Assembly: GCA_963711835.1 (NCBI GenBank)
Contig: CAVQFQ010000015.1
Span: forward strand, 64,001-128,000
Direction of reading: 5' to 3'
DNA: 64,000 nucleotides
Origin: an uncultured delta proteobacterium
Lineage (GTDB): Bacteria > Desulfobacterota > RBG-13-43-22
This document shows, piece after piece, positions 1-9,036 of the stretch; the stretch's first letter is position 1, and each line of letters begins with the position of its first letter. The notes under the pieces were generated by a model that did not search any database, was not told where the DNA came from, and saw only the letters and a list, made by a program, of their open reading frames with translations. The translations under genes were made by a program, and so were the position numbers.

Positions 1-728
1 CCATCAACTAAAAGTCCTAACAGCATATACAAATTAGACCCCAAACCCATTGCATATTTGAAACCCTCTTCCTTATTAGGTATCCCATAAAACAATCCCG
101 TGTGATACATTTCTCCATAAAGCGTGCCGTGCAGTGACTCGGATGCATCTTCGTAAATATAGTTCCATGCTGCCAGATAAATCGCCCCATTAAAAATTTT
201 TATTTTATCTTCTATAACCTTAATTCGTTCATATAAAGATACTTCTGTCCAGTTTTTCTCCCCACCCCTTCTCCCAGTGAATTTCTTCACCTCTTCACAA
301 GTTTCGCTAAGAGAAAAAATATTAGGAAGAGGAATATCCTTTCCAATACATTTATAAGCTTTCTGCTTGGCATACAAAGATCTTAATATTCTCTGTTTTG
401 AATAATCAATGTAATTTTTATACTCAACCTCTTCGCATACAATAAGATAACAAAAATTTACACTTTTTTCTAAAAAGGAACGAGCGATCATATAACCTTC
501 CGTAATAAAGCCTCCGCTAACTAAATTAAGAATTGCCTTTCCAGCTGTTACTATGCCATAAATCACTGGATCTAAATCACTTAGACGAGATGTTTTATAT
601 TTTTCTTCCCTTTCTTTCAAAAAAACTTCGAGCATCATGATTTGAAGAAATAGATACTGCTTAAAACTTTTAAGACATTCAAAATCATCGGGGAATTGAC
701 GCAAAATTTTCTCGACTTCGTTTTCCAT
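1..728 (-). CDS. DUF5677-like hypothetical protein, runs off the left edge
   Basis: Not in the ORF track. Manual translation from ATG at 728 (MENEVEKILRQ...) is open to position 1. Contains ARSFLEKSVNFCYL and YEDASESLHG motifs typical of DUF5677. Visibly AT-rich. Confidence 0.6.
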   Translation of the reverse strand, partial: MENEVEKILRQFPDDFECLKSFKQYLFLQIMMLEVFLKEREEKYKTSRLSDLDPVIYGIVTAGKAILNLVSGGFITEGYMIARSFLEKSVNFCYLIVCEEVEYKNYIDYSKQRILRSLYAKQKAYKCIGKDIPLPNIFSLSETCEEVKKFTGRRGGEKNWTEVSLYERIKVIEDKIKIFNGAIYLAAWNYIYEDASESLHGTLYGEMYHTGLFYGIPNKEEGFKYAMGLGSNLYMLLGLLVD

Positions 729-823
729 TTTTTCGCCCTCTACAAAGTTATCTACATTGACCGACTCCATAGATTTGCTATAAAATTTATCGACCGTCAA
801 CCGAGCGTAGTTGCTGAGTAAAC

Positions 824-1186
824 TTATCTTTTTCTTTTAAACCCCTTCGGTTTTGGGATTGTACCGGCCATCTGGGCCTTGAAACCGGAGTCATTGCCCA
901 TATGAAAGTATAATCGGCCCTGGAGCTCCTTATCAACAATCACGGTCCAGCCTCGGCCGCAAACCGGATCGTTCTCATCCTGGCCTGCCCAGGTAAACTC
1001 CAAACGTTCCAGCCCATTGATTTTTTCCAGACGATGATCAATCTCTCCCTGAACGGCGCCGAATTGGAAAAGGCCAAGGCCGTCTTTCTGAAAGGTAATG
1101 TGCCCCGGAACCTCCATGTCAATGAAGTCCCTGTCCCATAATTCCATTTCAGTGATATGCCATTTACCGATGTAGTTGTTGACCAT
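824..1186 (-). CDS. Conserved hypothetical beta-rich protein
   Basis: 120 aa ORF (GKWHITEMELWD...FTWAGQDENDPVCGRGW), immediately downstream of the DUF6429 gene. Confidence 0.75.
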   Translation of the reverse strand: MVNNYIGKWHITEMELWDRDFIDMEVPGHITFQKDGLGLFQFGAVQGEIDHRLEKINGLERLEFTWAGQDENDPVCGRGWTVIVDKELQGRLYFHMGNDSGFKAQMAGTIPKPKGFKRKR

Positions 1187-1187
1187 T

Positions 1188-1436
1188 TTATTCTTCCGCC
1201 AGCCCGAAATGCTTTTTGAATAATTCTTCGGCCTTCTTGAAGCCTTTTTCGCTCATGGCCACCGACTTGGCTTTCCCCTTGGGATCGCTGATCCAGCCTT
1301 TCTGGTGCAGCCGGTCCATGGTTTCCCAAGCGAATCCCTTCCAGGCCCGTTCTCCGTCCTCGCCTTTCGATCTCCAGGTGACCAAATAAAGCAGGGCCAG
1401 AGTCATCTCATCCACTTTTTCTTCGTTGTATTTCAT
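1188..1436 (-). CDS. DUF6429 family small protein
   Basis: LALLYL...RAWKGF.WETMDRLHQKGWISDP.GKAKSV signature; AAGGA RBS upstream. Confidence 0.8.
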   Translation of the reverse strand: MKYNEEKVDEMTLALLYLVTWRSKGEDGERAWKGFAWETMDRLHQKGWISDPKGKAKSVAMSEKGFKKAEELFKKHFGLAEE

Positions 1437-1469
1437 TTGCCATTCCTTGGGTAAAATCCAAATCGTCCC

Positions 1470-1832
1470 TTAGGCCGCCAAAGATATTTCGGCCATAATA
1501 CGACCCCAGGGAACCGATAGGCTTTGTTCGGAAGTCCGGGAGATCAACCCAACCCGTTCAAGGGTCTGGACATCCTGATGGACGTTCTTATAGTCCCGAT
1601 TCAGCGTCTTGGCTAACGCCCTGATACTCATTGGCCCTCGATCATAGAGCCTTTTTAAGAGTTCCAATCGCCGAGGGGTAAGAACCCTTAGAAGAGTCTG
1701 GAGATCCTGGAAATAAAGCCTTTGAATAGGCTCTTTTGGAATCAAGCCTTTCTCAGCGTTTTTCCAGGCCTCGATAAATTCTTGGGCGGATTCCTCTTCG
1801 CCTTTAATTTGAATTTTTATATTGGCAGTCAA
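1470..1832 (-). CDS. wHTH DNA-binding protein (HVO_A0114-like), putative antitoxin
   Basis: LTPRRLELL...SIRALAKTLNRDYKNVHQDVQTL motif; overlaps the upstream DUF6516 gene. Confidence 0.8.
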   Translation of the reverse strand: MTANIKIQIKGEEESAQEFIEAWKNAEKGLIPKEPIQRLYFQDLQTLLRVLTPRRLELLKRLYDRGPMSIRALAKTLNRDYKNVHQDVQTLERVGLISRTSEQSLSVPWGRIMAEISLAA

Positions 1833-2059
1833 TTCATCCTCCTCTTATTTTTAATATCCTTCAAAAAATCCGCTATCAAGGTTTCAACATTTTTAAAATG
1901 ATAAAGTTCTTCCCTGTTTCCGATGTGGCGATGATCTCCTTTTCCCTTTTCATTATCATAACGAATGGCCGGGGTCCCATCTTTCAAACCATAAAACAGG
2001 CGGTACTTGAACCCATGACTGCTTGACTTGGTCGCGGCTGGCAACTTCCAAAGAATCAT
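1829..2059 (-). CDS. DUF6516 (TumE-like) putative toxin, probably 5'-truncated
   Basis: HGFKYRLFYG...RYDNEKGKGDHRH motif; the usual N-terminal segment appears absent. Confidence 0.7.
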   Translation of the reverse strand: MILWKLPAATKSSSHGFKYRLFYGLKDGTPAIRYDNEKGKGDHRHIGNREELYHFKNVETLIADFLKDIKNKRRMN

Positions 2060-2641
2060 TTCCCGAATAGCACCATACCCTCCAAGATCCGCTCTGCCAT
2101 TTCTGCCTCAGCGATCTGCCTGGCGGAGTCGGTTAGAAACCATCCTTCCAGTTTGGTTCGAAGCCTTTCCAGATACTGCTCAAAAGAATAGTCGTACCTC
2201 CGCCGGTTAATTTCAACGCCCTCTCTTGTATACCTCCAAAGTTTGTCGGCATCCTTGACCAGCTTGTCATTTAGAGAGATCCCCTCTTTCCTGGAATCGT
2301 GACCTTCGATGATGACCAGGATCTCTTCTATTTTCCGCAGTTCAACCCCGGCTTCTTCCAGGATCTGCCGGGCGATCCTGACGCCTTCCACCTCGTGGAC
2401 CCGGTTCCATTCCGGCAGGGTGGCCTTTGGACCAAAAGCCTTCAACTGAAGCTCCTCCGGCACCTGTGACCAGCCGACATCATGTACCAGGATAGCCGGA
2501 ATGACTATGTCTTCATCTCCGGCCTCTAGCCTCCAACAAGCGATAGGCGAATTGCGTTGAAATTTCCGTATGAATATCATTCTCTCGTGTCCGGAGATAG
2601 GGTTCAGCCAGTTTCTTAATCATCCGGTATTGTTCCGACAT
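2056..2641 (-). pseudogene. HD-domain phosphohydrolase, split by a 1-nt frameshift near 2525 (possibly a sequencing error)
   Basis: N-terminal part MSEQY...RENDIHT in one frame; AILVHDVGW, IEGHD and VKDADKL motifs in another. Confidence 0.75.
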
Positions 2642-2724
2642 CCTGGGAAATACCTCCATATTCAGGGTGGGGATCAGGTTTGATAAGGGCCCTTTTTCTC
2701 TCACCCGAGGCTTCTGCGGAGGGG

Positions 2725-3624
2725 TTAATACCCTTTTTTCCGGGCCAGGTGCCGCACCCGGGCCTCCAGGTTGATCAGATAGGCCGCCTCGGGCTGCTTC
2801 GGTTCCGGTTTGGGATCGTATTCCAGGGCCTTGATCCGGGAAACCACCCTCCCGATATCCCCTTTTTCTTCCTCGATCAGATTATCGACCATCGTCTTAT
2901 GAGCCCGGGTCGCTTCCAGAGAACGGGGGAAAAAATCTTTGGCCTCCGCTCCGGTAAAGACGAGCCGGTGCCCCTGGCAGAAGATATCCGCCTCCAGCCG
3001 GCCCAACCTTTGGATGGAGTTCACATAAGCCTCGAAGTCCACTAAAAATTCGGTGATGATTTCTCCCGAGTTATCCATACAGCCTCCCGCCTCGGAAGAA
3101 ATCAGGATCTTTTGCTCAGGCAGGTAATAGCTCAGGGAATCCCAGGTATGGCCCGGGGTAAAAATGACCTCCAGGCTATTCCCATCCCCCAGGTCGATCC
3201 GATCCCCGTCTGATACAACCCGGTCCACGGTAAAAGGCTTAAAGGGGGCCGCCTCAATCCCGGGATGCCAGCGCCGAAGTACTTCAGCGGCGTTCTGGTT
3301 AAGAAGCGCTATCAGGTTCAAGGCATTGGGCCGGGTCAAAATCTCTGCGGCCTTTGCTGAAGCCGCAATCTCCATCTTCGGAAAGGCTTCCTTCAAATAG
3401 GCCGCAGCCCCGCAATGGTCAAAGTGGACATGGGTAAGGAAAAGGATCTCCGGGGTCCGGCGGCCCAACAAGGCCTTTATCTCGCCGATTACCATCGGCC
3501 CCAGGGAACTGAGTCCGGCTTCAAAAAGAACCGGCCGTTTGCCGTTGAACAGATAGACAGGCATCTCAGGGACGCCCAGGACATAAAACCCGGGGACCAC
3601 CTGGCCTTTTTGGCTGAATTTCAA
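2725..3624 (-). CDS. MBL-fold metallo-hydrolase
   Basis: THVHFDH, TPGHT and GH motifs; TTG start at 3624 after AGGAGG. Confidence 0.9.
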   Translation of the reverse strand: MKFSQKGQVVPGFYVLGVPEMPVYLFNGKRPVLFEAGLSSLGPMVIGEIKALLGRRTPEILFLTHVHFDHCGAAAYLKEAFPKMEIAASAKAAEILTRPNALNLIALLNQNAAEVLRRWHPGIEAAPFKPFTVDRVVSDGDRIDLGDGNSLEVIFTPGHTWDSLSYYLPEQKILISSEAGGCMDNSGEIITEFLVDFEAYVNSIQRLGRLEADIFCQGHRLVFTGAEAKDFFPRSLEATRAHKTMVDNLIEEEKGDIGRVVSRIKALEYDPKPEPKQPEAAYLINLEARVRHLARKKGY

Positions 3625-3787
3625 GAAACCCTCCTTTGAATATATCGGAACATCACATTTTTTCCCAAGATATCTCATTGACTTATTTTTGCAAGCCAAT
3701 TCCCCTCTTTTTAGGCTTGACCCCTTCCCTTCCCCATTTTATAGTCCTTCCATCCGGCAGTTGTTCCCGGGGGAGGAGGAATAATCC

Positions 3788-5077
3788 ATGTTGGGATCTT
3801 TAGGGCGAGATGATTACACCCGGTTTTGGCACCTGATCGTGACCCTTACGTCGGTGCTGGCTGCCGTCTATATTCCCCTGGAATTGATTTTTCAGGGCAC
3901 TGGATCCGGAGATTTTAAACGCTTTGATACCCTGGTCACTTTCATCTTTTCCGTTGATGTGCTGGTTTATCAACTGACTTGGCGCCGGCAAGGCGAGGAA
4001 ACCCACCTCCTTCATAGGGAGATCCCGAAAAGAGAGCGGGTCATCTGGCTCACAATTGATCTGCTGGCTGCTCTGCCTTTTGGGATGCTCTTGGGTACTC
4101 CTTACTTATCGGCCTTGAGAATTTTAAAACTGCTCCGGGTCGGCCAGTATCTGCACCACTGGCGCCAGAAGGTCTTAAAATATAGCGACCCCCTAAAACT
4201 GGCTTTCTTCGCTTTCTGGTTTTTCATCCTCACCCACTGGCTCACCTGCGGCTGGCTGGCCCTGGCCTCGAATTTCTATAAAGCAGATCCGGCAACCAAC
4301 TATCTCTCTGCCTTTCACTGGGTTATTGAAACCTTGACCTCGGTCGGTTTCGGGGAGACCATCCCGGCCTCCAATGCCCAGAGGATCTATTCCATTATTT
4401 TGATGCTGGCCGGGGTGGGTGTCTATGGCTATGTCATCGGGAATGTAGCCGGTATCCTGGCGAAAAGGGATCCGGCTAAAAACCAGTATTTCAGCAACCT
4501 GGACCAGTTGAACGCCTTTGTCCAGTACCGGGATATCCCCTCCAGCCTCCAAAAGCGAATCCGGGACTACTATGCCTATATCTGGAAAAAGCGTTTGGGG
4601 TTCGATGAAACGACTTTCCTCTCCGGACTGCCCCGAGGGCTCCACACCGAAGTGGCCATGCACCTCAAGGTCGAAATCCTGGAAAAAATTCCTTTGTTTA
4701 AAGGGGTGAGAAAAAGTTTTATCGGCGAAGTGGCTTTAAATTTGAAACCCGATGTCTATACCCCGGGAGAGTTTATATTCAGGGCCGGCCAGAAAGCCAA
4801 ACGCATGTATTTTGTTATCAGGGGTCGGTTGGACGTTTTAACCAAAGAAGGGGTTGTCATTAATACCCTGCAGGACGGGGATTTTTTCGGCGAGATCGCC
4901 CTCTTCAGCGATCAACCCCGAAGCGCCTCAGTCCGGGCGGTTACCTACTGCGACCTCTACATCCTCGACAAAGAGGTCTTTGAATATTTATTGGAGCGTT
5001 TTCCGGACATCGGCGCCCACATCAAAGAAGTCGGCCTCGAAAGATTAGGCCGGGGTGATTCTTTGAAGGCCGATTAA
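3788..5077 (+). CDS. Cyclic-nucleotide-gated potassium channel (SthK-like)
   Basis: Six hydrophobic segments, S4-like LRILKLLRV, filter TSVGFGE, C-linker, and CNBD FFGEIAL...PRSASV. Confidence 0.9.
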   Translation: MLGSLGRDDYTRFWHLIVTLTSVLAAVYIPLELIFQGTGSGDFKRFDTLVTFIFSVDVLVYQLTWRRQGEETHLLHREIPKRERVIWLTIDLLAALPFGMLLGTPYLSALRILKLLRVGQYLHHWRQKVLKYSDPLKLAFFAFWFFILTHWLTCGWLALASNFYKADPATNYLSAFHWVIETLTSVGFGETIPASNAQRIYSIILMLAGVGVYGYVIGNVAGILAKRDPAKNQYFSNLDQLNAFVQYRDIPSSLQKRIRDYYAYIWKKRLGFDETTFLSGLPRGLHTEVAMHLKVEILEKIPLFKGVRKSFIGEVALNLKPDVYTPGEFIFRAGQKAKRMYFVIRGRLDVLTKEGVVINTLQDGDFFGEIALFSDQPRSASVRAVTYCDLYILDKEVFEYLLERFPDIGAHIKEVGLERLGRGDSLKAD

Positions 5078-5131
5078 CCCATCCACCCGTACCCAGGAGA
5101 TCCTGATCGTATTCCTTTGAAAATTTGATAG

Positions 5132-5453
5132 TGTCCCAAAGTTACGTGATTCTTACTCTGGGGGCATTTTTCTTGAGGCGCAAAATCCGTTTCTGAAGCG
5201 TCAGGGGGTCTTGATTTCGAGGATTGTCCACCCCCAAGTCCAGAGCTGGAAACCAGGCTGGAAGTGTCAAGGTTAGGTTTGAAGCAGGCCAAAACCAAAG
5301 CTATTTGCTGGACCGGGTGAATGCCCGGCACCAAATTCACTTATAGATAAGGGCCGGATTGGGGCTACGAATCACCCTTTGGACAACTTCGAAATCAAGA
5401 CCCCCTGACGCCTTTAAAAATCATAGAGGACTTCATCACGTAACTTTGGGACA
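5132..5453 (+). repeat. Nested inverted-repeat element, copy 1
   Basis: Perfect 19-bp outer IR (5132-5150 / 5435-5453); inner IR 5198-5230 / 5380-5411; 149-nt core homologous to the other copies. Confidence 0.9.
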
Positions 5454-6516
5454 ATTTCGAAAATTTTTTACCAGGACTCCGGCCGATCCCCAGGCAGAGG
5501 CTTTTCTGGATACCCTCTATCGGGTCGTGCTCAACCGCAATCCCGATCCCTCGGGGCGGGACTATTTTAAACAGCAGCTTGTGTCAGGCCGGATGACCGA
5601 ACAGCAGGTGACGGAGGCCCTCTTTCTTTCGGCTGAATTTCAAAAAACCTTTGCTTCCCGTTTTCAAAAGTACGATGCCAGCGAGGCCTTTTTCGATTTT
5701 ATTCAGGTAGCTTCGCCGGATCCCTTCCTGCCTTTTGTTTCTCCCTCTCCTTACCGGGAGAAGCAATTGATTGAGCTGGTCAACCCCGGAAAGTGGCTTG
5801 ACCCGGAATGGAGAAGGCTCCAGGCCGGGCTGAGAGTCGTCAGCCTGTCCTTCCAGGGCATGCACCGAAAAACCTTTGAGTGGGTTCAGACCCTTTTCGG
5901 CTGCTCCTTATTGGGCATTCTGGGCAAGGAAAGACGGTTCCTGGGAGTGGGCTGCGGGCATGAACCGATTGTCTATTGGTTGGCCAATCACTGCCGGGAG
6001 ATGGTGGCCACGGACCTTTATGAAGGCAACTGGGCCGAAAAAGAAGGGGACCCTGCCGTTTTGAAAAACGGCTCCTCCTATGCCCCTTTTGAATTCAATC
6101 CGGAGAAATTGACCTTCCTTAAAATGGACGGGCGGAAACTCCTCTTTGGAGACGCGTCTTTTGATCTGGTTTTTTCTCTGTCGTCCATCGAGCACTTCGG
6201 CGGCCACGAGGAAGCGGCCAAGGCCGTCCGGGAAATGGCCCGGGTTTTAAAGTCCGGAGGTCTGCTGGTCATTGCCACCGAGGTCATTCTGAATGGGAAA
6301 AAGCACGCCGAATTTTTCCGCTTCGAAGAGTTGATCCGATATATTATTGAACCTTCCGGGATGAAATTGATTCAAGTCCCGGTATTTGAACTGCCCCGCT
6401 TTGCCCTGGAGCACCCTTCCCTGCTTCCCGAAGAAAAGGACAAAACACCTCACCTGGTCTGTCAAAAAAGGGGGGTTGTTTTCACTTCGGTTATACTGTT
6501 TTTGAAAAAGGAGTAG
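5446..6516 (+). CDS. Class I SAM-dependent methyltransferase with N-terminal DUF4214-like domain
   Basis: FLDTLYRVVLNRNPDPSG...LFLSAEF; LGVGCG, FDLVFSLSSIEH and RVLKSGG motifs. Start codon uncertain (TTG 5446). Confidence 0.85.
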   Translation: MGQFRKFFTRTPADPQAEAFLDTLYRVVLNRNPDPSGRDYFKQQLVSGRMTEQQVTEALFLSAEFQKTFASRFQKYDASEAFFDFIQVASPDPFLPFVSPSPYREKQLIELVNPGKWLDPEWRRLQAGLRVVSLSFQGMHRKTFEWVQTLFGCSLLGILGKERRFLGVGCGHEPIVYWLANHCREMVATDLYEGNWAEKEGDPAVLKNGSSYAPFEFNPEKLTFLKMDGRKLLFGDASFDLVFSLSSIEHFGGHEEAAKAVREMARVLKSGGLLVIATEVILNGKKHAEFFRFEELIRYIIEPSGMKLIQVPVFELPRFALEHPSLLPEEKDKTPHLVCQKRGVVFTSVILFLKKE

Positions 6517-6590
6517 AGTCAAGAGTCGGTGCCCAATCCTCATATGTCCCGAACGACGATGAGAACTAAAGATCAGAAAAGGAGGGAACC

Positions 6591-7475
6591 ATGAAACTTC
6601 AGGGAATTATGCCACCCATCACCACCCCTTTCCATGGAGAAGCGGTGGCCTATGACAAGCTGAAAGAGAACTTCCAGTTATGGAACCGGACCAAACTCTC
6701 CGGCTACCTCGTCCTGGGATCGAACGGGGAGGCTGTCTATCTTACGGAAGATGAAAAGATGAAGGTAATCGAGGTTTCCCGCGCGGCCATCCCGAGGGGA
6801 AAGATCATGCTGGTAGGTACCGGTCTGGAGTCTACGTCTGAGACCATCCGTTTCACCAATGAAGCGGCCCGTCTCGGCGCCGACCTGGCCCTGGTGGTGA
6901 CGCCTGCCTATTTCAAGGGTTCCATGACGCCGCAGGTCCTCTATGCCCATTTCGCAGCGGTGGCCGAGGCTTCCCGTATCCCCGTTCTCCTTTACAACGT
7001 GCCCCAATTTACGGGGATCAACATGGAGCCGCCCCTGGTTGCCAGGCTGTCTCAGCACCCGAACATCATCGGCATCAAAGACAGCTCGGGCAATATCGAT
7101 CAGCTCAGCCAGATTATCCACCAGTCGACCAGAGACTTTAACGTTTTCGTAGGCTCCGCTCCGGTGCTTTTCCCAGCCCTGTGTGTGGGTGCCGTCGGTG
7201 GAATCCTGGCGGTCGCCAACCTTCTCCCCCAATTGTGCACCGGTATCATAGATCTTTATAATGAGGGGAAGAACACCGAGGCCAGGGAGCTTCAGAACCG
7301 CCTCACGCCCATGGCCAAGGCCGTGACTGCTGCCTACGGCATAAGCGGGCTGAAGGCGGCCATGGACATGGTCGGCTATTTCGGCGGCGAGCCGAGGGCG
7401 CCCCTGAAAAAAGCAGCTCCTGATATTGAGAACGCCTTGAAAGGTCTTCTGGAAGAGCTGAAGGACATTCTCTAA
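6591..7475 (+). CDS. DapA/4-hydroxy-2-oxoglutarate aldolase family protein
   Basis: GSNGE, LYNVP and GIKDSS (Schiff-base Lys) motifs. Confidence 0.9.
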   Translation: MKLQGIMPPITTPFHGEAVAYDKLKENFQLWNRTKLSGYLVLGSNGEAVYLTEDEKMKVIEVSRAAIPRGKIMLVGTGLESTSETIRFTNEAARLGADLALVVTPAYFKGSMTPQVLYAHFAAVAEASRIPVLLYNVPQFTGINMEPPLVARLSQHPNIIGIKDSSGNIDQLSQIIHQSTRDFNVFVGSAPVLFPALCVGAVGGILAVANLLPQLCTGIIDLYNEGKNTEARELQNRLTPMAKAVTAAYGISGLKAAMDMVGYFGGEPRAPLKKAAPDIENALKGLLEELKDIL

Positions 7476-7492
7476 CCGGTAATTATCAGATC

Positions 7493-7538
7493 GGGGTTAG
7501 GCAGGGAACCTATATCCTTGCCTGACCTCATTTTTTTC
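7493..7538 (+). terminator. Probable rho-independent terminator
   Basis: GGGGTTAGGCAGGGA...TCCTTGCCTGACCTC followed by a T run, downstream of the DapA-like gene. Confidence 0.65.
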
Positions 7539-7618
7539 ACCCGGTCTTATCCTTAAAAATCATTGATGACCCATGATGACCTGACCCCAACTTATACAAA
7601 TCCTTATTCCCGGGAGCC

Positions 7619-8650
7619 TTACCGGCCGGCCAGGAATTGGCCGGCCAATTCCCGGGCGATCAGGGGGGCGCTGCCGCCGGAGCGGTTGTTGATGATGACG
7701 TTCATCTGAATCCCTTCGGCAATGCCTTTCCACATCAATTTTACCGTATCGGCGATCATCCGAGGCTGAAGCAGGCCGGGCACCAGTTTGTCAAAGGGAT
7801 GGGCCTTGGCATAGGCCTCTTCATAGCGCAGGCCGATGGGCGTCATCAAACGGATGACCGCCTGGCCTCCGGCATTAAAAAACCTCCGCCCGGATTTATC
7901 AAACTGCTTATCGAGCGGCGGCAGCCAGGTCCAGTGGGACAACACCTGCCCCAGGCCGTGCCTTCTCATCAGGCTGAAAACCGGCAGGCTCAGGTAGGCT
8001 TCGGTACGCAGCTCCAGATGGTAACGGTCATCCGCGGGTATGGATTCAAAAAATTGGGCTAAAGAAGCGGCCAGTTCATCAATAGGAATCCTCTCCTGAC
8101 GGCGATGGTATTCCTGTTCAAAGATGAATCCCCTTATCTTCGGCCCTAATATCTCCCGGGCCGGTTGATAGAACCGGCGGGTAAAGAGTTCCGGATTTAA
8201 GTAGTTTTCATTAAGCCCATACTGAGCCCCCTGATGGACCTTTCGGGCTGTAATGAGTTGCGGGACCTTGAGGAACAGGGAGTCCTTTTCTTTTAAATGG
8301 CTGCCGTACTTCTTGAGGAGAAAATAGTTTTGAGTCGGTTTTTCATTCTCATCCAGCAGGAGTTGATAAAAAGTAAAATCAATCTCCAGAATGGAAAAAT
8401 GTTCGAAGTACTCCTCCAGGCTGTCGACCGGCAGGGTTTCTTCGACAAAGGCTTTATCTTTGAAGCTCTTGGAACGCTTGGATAGGCGGTTTTGATAGCG
8501 CTCCGGGGCATAGATCTGCCCGATCCAGCCCGCATAGCGGTCACTGGCCGTCCCCAGTAGGACCTGAGGATGCAACTCCCGGAACCTGAAAGCCGTAAGG
8601 TTCTCCAGGCCCCGGCGACTCCCGCCCTGCCTGTTTTGACGCCCATCCAT
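7619..8650 (-). CDS. DUF72 family protein
   Basis: GTASDRYAGW, EIDFTFY, LKVPQLIT and NNR motifs. Confidence 0.85.
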   Translation of the reverse strand: MDGRQNRQGGSRRGLENLTAFRFRELHPQVLLGTASDRYAGWIGQIYAPERYQNRLSKRSKSFKDKAFVEETLPVDSLEEYFEHFSILEIDFTFYQLLLDENEKPTQNYFLLKKYGSHLKEKDSLFLKVPQLITARKVHQGAQYGLNENYLNPELFTRRFYQPAREILGPKIRGFIFEQEYHRRQERIPIDELAASLAQFFESIPADDRYHLELRTEAYLSLPVFSLMRRHGLGQVLSHWTWLPPLDKQFDKSGRRFFNAGGQAVIRLMTPIGLRYEEAYAKAHPFDKLVPGLLQPRMIADTVKLMWKGIAEGIQMNVIINNRSGGSAPLIARELAGQFLAGR

Positions 8651-8677
8651 TCCGGATGCCTTTTATTTTTGGAGATA

Positions 8678-8961
8678 GTCCCAAAGTTACGTGATTCTCA
8701 AACCGAAGGGTTTCAGGGGTCTTGATTTCAAGGATTGTCCGCCAAAACGCCAGCAGCCTGACCCGGGCAGGAAGATTATCAGTAGACTTAGAAGCAGGCC
8801 AACACCAAAGCTATTTATCGTCTTGGGTGAATGCCCGGCTCCCAACCAACTTAGACATTCGGGCCGGGTTGGGGCTATGGATACCCTTTCGGACAACCTT
8901 GAAATCAAAACCCCTGAAACCCTCTAAAAATGGAGTGTTTAACATCACGTAACCTTGGGAC
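8678..8961 (+). repeat. Nested inverted-repeat element, copy 2
   Basis: Outer IR 8678-8695 / 8944-8961; inner IR 8708-8741 / 8890-8922; 148-nt core. Confidence 0.9.
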
Positions 8962-9036
8962 AAACTTTATTTTTGGTTCTTTTCCGACAAGTTGTAAGAA
9001 AACCCAAGGGGTCGGGTTCGCTTCGGATAAAGGTCT

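Noticed and set aside
747-822. Imperfect hairpin between small accessory genes, considered as an integron attC site
   Set aside because: No correctly ordered RYYYAAC...GTTRRRY boxes, no second copy between the other small genes, and no integrase in view.
5132-5453. Nested-IR element considered as a retron msr-msd or a group II intron remnant
   Set aside because: No reverse transcriptase lies near any copy and no domain V-like motif was seen; left unassigned.
5074-8952. Short ORFs overlapping the nested-IR element (5074-5340, 8687-8908, 8691-8927, 8722-8952; also 37053-37280 and 51783-52022)
   Set aside because: No reading frame is preserved across copies, stops fall at different places, and variation is not codon-periodic.
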